Source of the DNA: an uncultured virus (IMG/VR IMGVR_UViG_3300005098_000230)
Lineage: Duplodnaviria; Heunggongvirae; Uroviricota; Caudoviricetes
Reading direction: 5' to 3' (one strand)
DNA length: 20,000 bases
Virus record (IMG/VR): IMGVR_UViG_3300005098_000230
In this document: positions 9,030 to 15,503 of the stretch, piece after piece
Position numbering within the stretch: position 1 is the first letter of the stretch
How the letters are laid out: every line of letters starts with the position of its first letter
The notes under the pieces: generated by a model
Told to the model about the DNA's origin: nothing
Seen by the model: the letters and a program-made list of their open reading frames with translations, nothing else
Databases searched by the model: none
Program-made: the position numbers and the translations under genes

Positions 9030-9530
9030 TCATCCTGGCCAGTACCTCGTTGTCCACGCATTGCGCTTGTGGCGCTTGCGCGTGAGCTGCCCAAAGGTCA
9101 TGCGCCCCTCGATGGGCGTGGGATCAGCGACAACGGGGGCGGTGTTAGTCAAGTCGTCGGATGTGTCACGAACGGCGTCATAGAGCAGATCGCCTCCGTC
9201 GCGCACGATGGCCGACATGCGATCCTCGTAGGTCTTCTTCCAGCGAGCAGCGCGGGTGTCTTCCTCGCCCGAGGTCAGGGCGTTGATAGCTTCCAGGGTC
9301 AGCCAAGCCGCTCCCCACGCAGCGATGTCTTTGAGCTGGGCGTAAGACTTGGGGGAGGCAGCCTGAGTGATCGGCACAGTGAAGCCAAGCCGTTTGAGAG
9401 CAGCGTTCATCTCGGCCTCAATAGCCGTGATGAAACTGGTACCCTCCGTGGAGGACGGCTCTGAGGTAGCCGAAAACGAGAAGCCCTGGATTCTGGCTTC
9501 GATGTCCGACAGCTCGATATAGTCGCCCAT
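9030..9530 (-). CDS. Head-tail connector/adaptor (Mu gp36-like)
   Basis: MGDYIELSDIEAR...AEMNAALKRLGFTVPIT...LKDIAAWGAAW...YEDRMSAI. It is the first gene after the capsid gene. Confidence 0.7.
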   Translation of the reverse strand: MGDYIELSDIEARIQGFSFSATSEPSSTEGTSFITAIEAEMNAALKRLGFTVPITQAASPKSYAQLKDIAAWGAAWLTLEAINALTSGEEDTRAARWKKTYEDRMSAIVRDGGDLLYDAVRDTSDDLTNTAPVVADPTPIEGRMTFGQLTRKRHKRNAWTTRYWPG

Positions 9531-9545
9531 GCGCACCCCCTCTCA

Positions 9546-9617
9546 GCCCGCACTGGAAGCGGGGGCCAGCGGGGGAGGAAGACCCCCGCCCCAGTTTGGG
9601 CAACGACTAGCTAGTCG
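9546..9617 (-). other. GC-rich stem-loop plus 14-bp palindrome after the capsid gene
   Basis: 15-bp stem 9552-9595 (one bulge, two G-U pairs on the minus strand) with no U-tract. Perfect palindrome CGACTAGCTAGTCG at 9604-9617. Confidence 0.7.
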
Positions 9618-9633
9618 GCGGGCGGATGATTAC

Positions 9634-10719
9634 CTACCACACGCTTGAGTTGAGCACACGGGCTGAGAGCACCCGCTTCGGCCACGTGAACTTCGGGAAG
9701 CAGTGCTCGCCCACACCAGTTTCGACGGTGTAGGGCGGCTTCAGGGCCTCATGTACCCAGGTGTAGCGGGCTCGCGGCGCAGGCGCACCACCCCTCGCGC
9801 TTCCAGGGGCCACGGCCATAGTACCCACAGTTGCGTCGCCTGGCAGGAGGACGATCTTCTTGTCGTCCACCATGTCAGTCTTGGTGATGGTTGGCTCGGT
9901 GGAAGTATCGGTGATGACCGAGTACTTGGCGCGGTAGAGGATCACCTGCACATCATGGAGCTCTTGGATGAACTGCTGTACCTGCGTCATGGTCAGAGCA
10001 GTCGGCTGGTTGGCCGAGGCGATGCCCCGAGTCGAAGACCACAGGTTGAGGACAGCGCTGTTGCGGGATAGCACCCACAGCACATCGCGGCTCACGATCA
10101 TGGCCCCGGGTCGCACACCACCAGTGTCCTCGACAGTGACGATCATCTTGCCGATGTCCTGGATGGGGTCGGATCCGCTCTGATCCCAGTACTTGGTGCC
10201 GTACAGATTGGTGGCATCCGTCCACTTGGTCAGCCCTGGCCACGTGACCTTGATGCGCACCTTGCGGTCGGTGTCCCAGGAATTGTCCACCTCACCCTCG
10301 AAGAGGGCAGACATTCTCATCCACTCTTTGGTGGCGTCTATCGCACCAGACAGGAGATTGGCGTAGTCGCGGATGTCCTCCAGGGCTTGGAGCTGGCGGG
10401 CAGCGATCTCCGAGTTGGGATTGGCCGCCACTTCGTGCCAGATGCGCAGTTCCTTCTCCGTCCAGATTTTGCGGAAGCGAATGTACGCCACAGCAGTGCG
10501 GATGCGCTGGTAGACGTTGTCGCCGATGATCGGGATTTCCGAATCCAGGGTCACGAACGGGGCCATCGGATTGCGGTCAAGGCGCAGGTCGTTGACCAGC
10601 TCATCGGCAGGCACGCCTTGATCGGGGAACCAACGAGCGCCGATATAGTTCTTCGGGATGTCTGTCTCACGGATCAGGCCATCCCACACGGGTTTCTGGA
10701 AAACAGTTGGTAGCGCCAT
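9634..10719 (-). CDS. Major capsid protein (lambda gpE-like family)
   Basis: 361 aa with motifs MAPFVTLDSE, EWMRMSALFEG, WDQSGSDPIQDI and SD AAGGAGGT. It follows the decoration protein. Confidence 0.9.
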   Translation of the reverse strand: MALPTVFQKPVWDGLIRETDIPKNYIGARWFPDQGVPADELVNDLRLDRNPMAPFVTLDSEIPIIGDNVYQRIRTAVAYIRFRKIWTEKELRIWHEVAANPNSEIAARQLQALEDIRDYANLLSGAIDATKEWMRMSALFEGEVDNSWDTDRKVRIKVTWPGLTKWTDATNLYGTKYWDQSGSDPIQDIGKMIVTVEDTGGVRPGAMIVSRDVLWVLSRNSAVLNLWSSTRGIASANQPTALTMTQVQQFIQELHDVQVILYRAKYSVITDTSTEPTITKTDMVDDKKIVLLPGDATVGTMAVAPGSARGGAPAPRARYTWVHEALKPPYTVETGVGEHCFPKFTWPKRVLSARVLNSSVW

Positions 10720-10747
10720 GTTATCTACACCTCCTTATGGGATGGAA

Positions 10748-11158
10748 TTACAGCCGGTCGCCAGACACGAAGAAGACGCGCCCGGAAAGGTCGGACTTGG
10801 TATCGGCAGTGACGGAGCCGAAAGTGCCGTTGTCCGTGCAGACGGCCTCGCGCACCCATCCAGCCAGGATCACATCCACGGCGGGGTGGTAGGGCGGAGT
10901 GTCTACTTGGATGGGCACAACGACCCGCTGGTGCAGGATACCCACGGTGTTCCCAGTGGCGGTCTTGGGATAGACCATACCAGTGGACGAGTCGTAGGCC
11001 AGGACGGTGCCCTCGCGCAACCACTTGAAGCCCTGGTCGGGGCTGTTGGTGGTGCTCAGGTAGGTTCCGTTGAGGGTGTAGGTGCCGATGACCTTGCCCA
11101 CGTCGCTGGCGAACAGTTGCAGTTGGCGATCTTTGGTGCTTTTGTCGTAGTAGCTCAT
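10748..11158 (-). CDS. Head decoration protein (gpD-like)
   Basis: 136 aa with EGTVLAYDSSTG..YP, GIL and VILAGWVRE. It lies between scaffold and capsid genes, with SD GAGGAGGTGA. Confidence 0.75.
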   Translation of the reverse strand: MSYYDKSTKDRQLQLFASDVGKVIGTYTLNGTYLSTTNSPDQGFKWLREGTVLAYDSSTGMVYPKTATGNTVGILHQRVVVPIQVDTPPYHPAVDVILAGWVREAVCTDNGTFGSVTADTKSDLSGRVFFVSGDRL

Positions 11159-11191
11159 CTTGTGTTCACCTCCTCATCTGCTGGACAGGGC

Positions 11192-11875
11192 CTAGTCTTC
11201 ACTCTCAGCGGGCTTCTCGCCCAAAATCCTGAGAATGCCCTGGGCCACGGCCTGCCCCTCCTCAGTACTGAGCTCGCGGGTGGTGGAGCCCAGAGCACGG
11301 AGCGCACTTACCAGATCGCCGCTGGGAGCAGGCGACCCGCTGAGTTTCAGCACCGGCTTGTCGGAGCGAGCGGGGTAGTTCTCCATGAGGCTGGTCAGGG
11401 CCTGCCACAGGTTGATCTTGCCTCCCTGCTCCAAGCCAAACACCTTGCCCTCACCTTCGGTCAGGGTGATGATCGGCTTGGCGTCGGGAGAGAGAGACAG
11501 CAGGATCGGTCGGAGCATCCTGGCCAACACGGGTGGCGGGTTCTTGGCCTCGAATTCGCGCAGCGCCTCGGCAACACGCCCCTCGTGGATGTCGGCCAGC
11601 ATCCGCTGGCGCTCGGCCATGAGCATCTGGATTGCCTCTGTCGCCTCCATCTCCACCACGCCATCAGCGGTCTCCAGCTTGACCATCTGCGGCCTGGGCG
11701 GTTCAGGCGGGTCTGAGGGCTCTTCCTCCTCGTGCTTCTCCAGGGCCTGCACCCGCTCTTCGAGTTCCTTCACCCGCTCGTCGCGGTCAGCGAGCAGCTT
11801 TGGCACTTCCTCCAAAGGTACCTCTTTCTCCTCGCCGTCCACAGTCAACTTGATGGTTTTGACTTCATCGGACAT
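11192..11875 (-). CDS. Nested in-frame scaffold protein (gpZ-like), 227 aa
   Basis: Perfect internal SD AAGGAGGTGA (11883-11892) precedes in-frame ATG 11875 (MSDEVKTIK...). Confidence 0.7.
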   Translation of the reverse strand: MSDEVKTIKLTVDGEEKEVPLEEVPKLLADRDERVKELEERVQALEKHEEEEPSDPPEPPRPQMVKLETADGVVEMEATEAIQMLMAERQRMLADIHEGRVAEALREFEAKNPPPVLARMLRPILLSLSPDAKPIITLTEGEGKVFGLEQGGKINLWQALTSLMENYPARSDKPVLKLSGSPAPSGDLVSALRALGSTTRELSTEEGQAVAQGILRILGEKPAESED

Positions 11876-12865
11876 GGGGGGTTCACCTCCTTCGAGATTG
11901 GTGGGAGTTTCCTCTTCTGATAGATAAGGCTCAGTTTTGGGCGGGACTATCTCTATCCTGCCCTCCTCAAGACAAATCATTGGCGAATCAATCGGGGGGA
12001 GTTCTTTCAGGAAATTGCGATTGGTAAGAGTGATCTCTTGGAAGACGGGCCCCAGATGGGGATCATCCAGGTACTTGGGCGAGATGAAACTGTACTGCCT
12101 GTCAGCCACGATCTGAGCACCCCGTTTTGTCCAGTTGGGCTTGGCCAGCAGGTAAGGCTCTTGAATCCGCATATCCTCAATCCAAGCACATGCCCCATCG
12201 CCGCTGTGACGAGTATCCATGACGATCTGGCGATTGAGAGGTGCGTTGGGACGATAGAGACGGTTGCGGAAGTTCTCGATGCCTCGCTGCATTTTCTCCC
12301 GAGTCATGGTGAAGTGACCATAACGGGGATCGTCCCACTCGCCGAGGACGTGGATAGGCACCCACTCAGGCAGCTCCTCACCCTCTTCCAGGGTAATCGG
12401 GCCGAAAAAGTGGAAAGTGAAGGCTTCCAGCAGGGTCTCAGGCGGGTCTTTCTTCGCTGCGCGGTAGACAGCGAGCAGCTTTTTCTTTGCCTGGGCTTTT
12501 TGCTCTGGGGTGGCCTGGACTTTCCTTCCACGAAAGCCACCAGGCGAGAGGGCAGCGACGGCAGCGGGGATGTGGTCCCAGTCTGGCGAGCCGTCTGCGT
12601 GCTTGTAGGGCATTTTCCATGTGGAAATGTCGTTAGGATCGCCCACGATCAAGTAGCATTCTGCCGGCAATCCTTCCTTGAGCAGCTTCTTCTTTGCCAC
12701 CTCTTCCTCCTCAAGGTCTCGCCCCAAGTCGCCGAGCTTGCCTTGTTTGTACAGGTTGGTGCAACGACCGTAGGCCCGACTCACCCTCTCCTCCTCTGGG
12801 AGGTCGGGGTAGAAATCAGGGCTACGTAGTAAGCGGGTTTTGCAATTCTCGACTTCTTGGGGCAT
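11192..12865 (-). CDS. Capsid maturation protease/scaffold (Mu gpI-like) with extra N-terminal domains
   Basis: Central region IVMDTRHS, ACAWIEDM, WTKRGAQIVADRQYSFISP, ITLTNRNFL matches the Mu gpI protease pattern (DxxH...W...YxYISP...LTNxP). The C-terminus is an acidic coiled coil. The ORF-track start 12892 lies inside the terminator, so ATG 12865 is preferred. Confidence 0.85.
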   Translation of the reverse strand: MPQEVENCKTRLLRSPDFYPDLPEEERVSRAYGRCTNLYKQGKLGDLGRDLEEEEVAKKKLLKEGLPAECYLIVGDPNDISTWKMPYKHADGSPDWDHIPAAVAALSPGGFRGRKVQATPEQKAQAKKKLLAVYRAAKKDPPETLLEAFTFHFFGPITLEEGEELPEWVPIHVLGEWDDPRYGHFTMTREKMQRGIENFRNRLYRPNAPLNRQIVMDTRHSGDGACAWIEDMRIQEPYLLAKPNWTKRGAQIVADRQYSFISPKYLDDPHLGPVFQEITLTNRNFLKELPPIDSPMICLEEGRIEIVPPKTEPYLSEEETPTNLEGGEPPMSDEVKTIKLTVDGEEKEVPLEEVPKLLADRDERVKELEERVQALEKHEEEEPSDPPEPPRPQMVKLETADGVVEMEATEAIQMLMAERQRMLADIHEGRVAEALREFEAKNPPPVLARMLRPILLSLSPDAKPIITLTEGEGKVFGLEQGGKINLWQALTSLMENYPARSDKPVLKLSGSPAPSGDLVSALRALGSTTRELSTEEGQAVAQGILRILGEKPAESED

Positions 12866-12873
12866 AGCATTCC

Positions 12874-12912
12874 AAACAAAAAAGCCGCCCACCCTGCAAG
12901 GGTGAGCAGCTT
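12874..12912 (-). terminator. Intrinsic terminator just upstream of the structural operon
   Basis: AAGCUGCUCACCCU-UGC-AGGGUGGGCGGCUU followed by UUUUGUUU. Both imperfect pairs are G-U on the minus strand. Confidence 0.85.
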
Positions 12913-13056
12913 ATTCCCGCTGTTGCGGCGACTTCTGCTTCACTCGCGCAGGGCAGGCGGCTTTCCCGACTAACGGCGACTACCGCCGACTGTTTGCGCG
13001 GGGCACCGCCATTTCTGCCCAGGTTCTCACCACGAAGGCGGGCCCCTATTCGCTTA

Positions 13057-13209
13057 AAAATGGATCCATCTGCGTCAGTTCACCACTATTAGTGGTGTCA
13101 CTAACCTCCCCCACTCCCAAAACCAGAGGGGGAGGTTGTGACTGGGGACGGTGCCCCTCTATGTTCGGAAAATGGGGTCTCTTGTGCCAGTTCGCCACTA
13201 TTAGTGGTG
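13057..13209. repeat. Two degenerate ~41-bp direct repeats ending in a 17-bp palindrome
   Basis: CAGTTCACCACTATTAGTGGTG (13076-97) and CAGTTCGCCACTATTAGTGGTG (13188-209), period 112 bp. Each is preceded at equal distance by AAAATGG. Confidence 0.85.
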
Positions 13210-13220
13210 CTTCGTCACTT

Positions 13221-13249
13221 ATTGTAACACAGATTGCCTAATTTGTCAA
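13221..13249 (-). promoter_or_regulatory. Strong sigma70 promoter facing the virion operon
   Basis: Minus strand TTGACA-17 bp-TACAAT with extended TG. The transcription start is expected near 13214. Confidence 0.88.
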
Positions 13250-13429
13250 GGTGGGTTTGGTGATCAAGTCCTTGATCGTTTCGTAACTTTCCGTAACTTC
13301 GTAGCGCTTGCCATCACCCAACCGCACGACAACCGGGTAGTGTGGATATATCGGCTCTACGATTTCGCTGATGTTTCCAACATTGATCAGTACCCTTGTA
13401 CCACCCACCTTATGCAATTCGATCATCAT
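13238..13429 (-). CDS. FlbD/SwrD-like small protein (63 aa)
   Basis: MMIELHKVGGTRVLINVGNISEIVE...VVVRLGDGKRYEVTESYETI resembles the FlbD pattern MIxLTxLNG..xLNxxxIExIE....IxLxNGxKYxVxES. SD GGGAGGAG. Confidence 0.65.
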   Translation of the reverse strand: MMIELHKVGGTRVLINVGNISEIVEPIYPHYPVVVRLGDGKRYEVTESYETIKDLITKPTLTN

Positions 13430-13706
13430 AACAGCATATCTCCTCCCGAAGACGTGTGATCTCTTTGGTTGCCGCGTCCAACACCACCAATAGCACTGCC
13501 TGTTGCATCCTCCGTTCGTATGGTCTTTGCCAGCCGAGATGATAGGCAAGGCAAATGCAAAACCAGCGGATAGGGCCAACCTCACGCCGGGCACGGGCTT
13601 GGACTTGAGCGTAGGAAATCTGTAACCCGCCCCACTCAATCGTAGTCCGGCGGTGCAGCGACTGAACATATTGCTCACAAATACGGTCTAGGGAGTGCAG
13701 TTGCAC
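13410..13706 (-). CDS. Hypothetical protein (~98 aa)
   Basis: GTG 13706 follows GGAG. The ORF fills the gap between the SPL-like and FlbD-like genes with short overlaps. The start is uncertain. Confidence 0.45.
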   Translation of the reverse strand: MQLHSLDRICEQYVQSLHRRTTIEWGGLQISYAQVQARARREVGPIRWFCICLAYHLGWQRPYERRMQQAVLLVVLDAATKEITRLREEICCYDDRIA

Positions 13707-14692
13707 ATCAGGCTCTCCGGGCCGAAGCCCAGGGCCTCCCTGACCTCCACTGTCTCCTTGCATAGTCCCACCTCCAGACCGGGATTGATAGGGCGCAAGT
13801 ATTGGTCAATCCATTCAATCACTTTTGTGTACATCTCCACCCGCAGCTTGGCAGGTACGCGAAAGCGCCCATCGGCTTCCGTGCGCTCAGTGGCAAAGTC
13901 GAAAACCTCGAAACCTGGACGCCTCCCCTGCGCCGCCTTGCGACGAACCCCCACTTTGTAGCGGAGGGAGCCAAGAGTGATGCGTTCAGGGCGACAACCA
14001 AGAGCCGCCAGAACGCGGATGAAATCCTCGTATTCCCATTGCCAGCGGGGGATGGGAATTAGGGGATCAAATCGGAAGCGAACCCGCCAGCCCGCAGAGT
14101 CACAGCGATTGGCAGCCAGCGCCCGCTCGTAGGGAGTGGGAGCGAACCTCTCGAACGCCTCTGCCACAGCGGGGGCATTCAGCGAGAAAGACAAGATCAC
14201 TTGGGGTGTGGGCGGGCGGATTCCGCCCCACTCGAACGCCCGGGTACCCACACTCTTGGTGAGGAACAGGAGATAATGCCGCTCCTGGGCAGCAAAGATG
14301 GGGACGAGACGACGCGAGAGGCCAGTGTGCTCATCAAAAACAAGGCCATCGCAAATCTCGCCGGCGTTGAGCACAGCGGGGCCGTTGTGTCTGTCATCAA
14401 CCAGCCAGTTGCGGACATTCGCTTCCATCCTATCAAGATTGGTGTAAAGCACTGGCACGGTTGTGTCCTGGTTCCTGAACGTGTTTTGAAGATAGCAATA
14501 GGAGCATAGGAAAGGACAGAGGTTAGCATGAGCGAGGACCCAGAACGAGGGGCAGACGATGCCGTCTTCTGCGCCCTTGAACTTGTGGATGAAAGGAGAA
14601 CGGCGCTCCCGCTCCACTATGGGCACAGGCTGAAAACCGTTGTTTAATCGCGCCCGAGCAAAAGTGTATCTTACTTCATCGTTATCGTTCAT
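13688..14692 (-). CDS. Spore photoproduct lyase-like radical SAM protein
   Basis: CPFLCSYCYLQ (CxxxCxxC with the SplB-like YCYLQ), plus LTKS, SFSLN, FDPLI, ITLGSLRY and LCKE motifs of the SPL family. Confidence 0.85.
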   Translation of the reverse strand: MNDNDEVRYTFARARLNNGFQPVPIVERERRSPFIHKFKGAEDGIVCPSFWVLAHANLCPFLCSYCYLQNTFRNQDTTVPVLYTNLDRMEANVRNWLVDDRHNGPAVLNAGEICDGLVFDEHTGLSRRLVPIFAAQERHYLLFLTKSVGTRAFEWGGIRPPTPQVILSFSLNAPAVAEAFERFAPTPYERALAANRCDSAGWRVRFRFDPLIPIPRWQWEYEDFIRVLAALGCRPERITLGSLRYKVGVRRKAAQGRRPGFEVFDFATERTEADGRFRVPAKLRVEMYTKVIEWIDQYLRPINPGLEVGLCKETVEVREALGFGPESLMCNCTP

Positions 14693-14883
14693 TTGTCCTT
14701 GCCCCTCACCGCCTCAGCAATCCAGCATTGACCGCAGTTGCAGGTAAGATGACAATACACGTGAGGCAGATCAGCGATTCTTTTCAGTATCGCCTGACAC
14801 CCCGAGCAAGAAGTGCTCTTCATGGCATCGCTCGGGGTCATCAACGCTTTCATACCCTTACGCTTGACACGCTTTAGTCCCAT
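14689..14883 (-). CDS. Small Cys-rich putative zinc-binding protein
   Basis: CSGC...CHLTCNCGQC, SD AAGGAGG, and ATGA overlap with the SPL-like gene. Confidence 0.6.
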   Translation of the reverse strand: MGLKRVKRKGMKALMTPSDAMKSTSCSGCQAILKRIADLPHVYCHLTCNCGQCWIAEAVRGKDK

Positions 14884-14886
14884 GCG

Positions 14887-15480
14887 CTATCCTCCTTCTT
14901 GAGCCTGTTCTTGATAACTTTCTTGAGCGTTGGTTTGACAGAAATGCAAATTTGTGGTAATATTACTGTACGGGAAGAGGGTACTGACAGCAAAAGCTGT
15001 CGAGGGTCGAAGTCTCATCGCTGTGGATCCGCCCTCCAGAAGACTCTCCCAGCGGCCACTGGGGGAGGCTTCTTTTTTTGGTGGTACTACGGGTAGTATC
15101 ACCACCTCGATCTGCCCGTATGCTTTGCCCTTCTCCCCACAAAGCTCCGTTGTCAGCGCAGGGGAGAGGTCGGCGACGAACTTGGGATTGATCTCCGAAA
15201 ACGCTCCCGTATCCGTCCACCTCGCCATCACCCATTTCGGCTTCCCTACTTTCCAGAAGCCGTCTGGGTGGTCCTTGTTTTTCAGGTGTGGCCAGTAGGC
15301 ACGGCCTGTCCAGATGATGATGTACCACTGACCGTCTGGAAATGTCTCGCCCCACAGATTGTTGGCCGCGAAGGTGAGTTCTTGTCCTGTGTAGACCTCA
15401 CCGTTGCGGGTGAGGTTGCCTGTGGGGGGATACCACGTTGCCAGGCCAACTATGAGGCCAGTCATAAAGAGTGACTTCAT
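14887..15480 (-). CDS. RlpA-like double-psi beta-barrel (putative lytic transglycosylase-like) protein
   Basis: GLATWY...TRNGEVY...LTFAA...WTDTGAF...ADLSPA...GQIEVVI parallels the RlpA GxASWY..TAxGE.Y...LTAA...INDRGP...IDLS pattern. The N-terminus is short and hydrophobic. Confidence 0.65.
   Translation of the reverse strand: MKSLFMTGLIVGLATWYPPTGNLTRNGEVYTGQELTFAANNLWGETFPDGQWYIIIWTGRAYWPHLKNKDHPDGFWKVGKPKWVMARWTDTGAFSEINPKFVADLSPALTTELCGEKGKAYGQIEVVILPVVPPKKEASPSGRWESLLEGGSTAMRLRPSTAFAVSTLFPYSNITTNLHFCQTNAQESYQEQAQEGG
14935..14963 (+). promoter_or_regulatory. Sigma70-type antisense promoter
   Basis: TTGACA (14935-40), 17 bp spacer, TAATAT (14958-63) with extended TG. Confidence 0.7.
14969..15079 (+). 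ncRNA. Candidate ~110-nt small RNA
   Basis: Lies between a promoter and a terminator. Stems are GACAGC-AAAA-GCTGTC (14986-15001) and GAGGGT/GCCCTC (15002-15036). Confidence 0.6.
15038..15079 (+). terminator. Intrinsic terminator of the candidate sRNA
   Basis: AGAAGACTCTCCCAG-CGGCCA-CTGGGGGAGGCTTCT running into a T7 tract. Confidence 0.8.
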
Positions 15481-15503
15481 ATAGCCCCCTACTATATCTC
15501 AGA

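Larger units (their letters stand above)
12874..13214 (-). ncRNA. Candidate ~340-nt structured leader or ncRNA
   Basis: ORF-free span between a strong promoter and a terminator, containing multiple stems (see findings). Confidence 0.55.

Noticed and set aside
9552..9595. Intrinsic terminator after the capsid gene
   Set aside because: The hairpin has no U-tract on the coding strand.
10658..12829. Long plus-strand ORFs (352, 180, 263 aa) and similar ones at 1197-1811 and 7593-8324
   Set aside because: They are antisense shadows of well-supported GC-rich minus-strand genes, with no motifs or SDs.
13057..13209. Mini CRISPR array from the two palindromic repeats
   Set aside because: There are only two degenerate copies, the ~70-90 bp intervening sequence is itself a hairpin, and no cas gene is present. 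An operator pair explains it better.
13430..13678. N-terminal extension of the 146-aa ORF 13238..13678
   Set aside because: The FlbD-like part has its own SD and ATG at 13429, and the upstream DNA is better explained by the overlapping frame.
14980..15015. Hammerhead ribozyme or known riboswitch in the sRNA (CTGA...GAA)
   Set aside because: It lacks the CUGANGA and GAAA core, and I recognise no riboswitch consensus.
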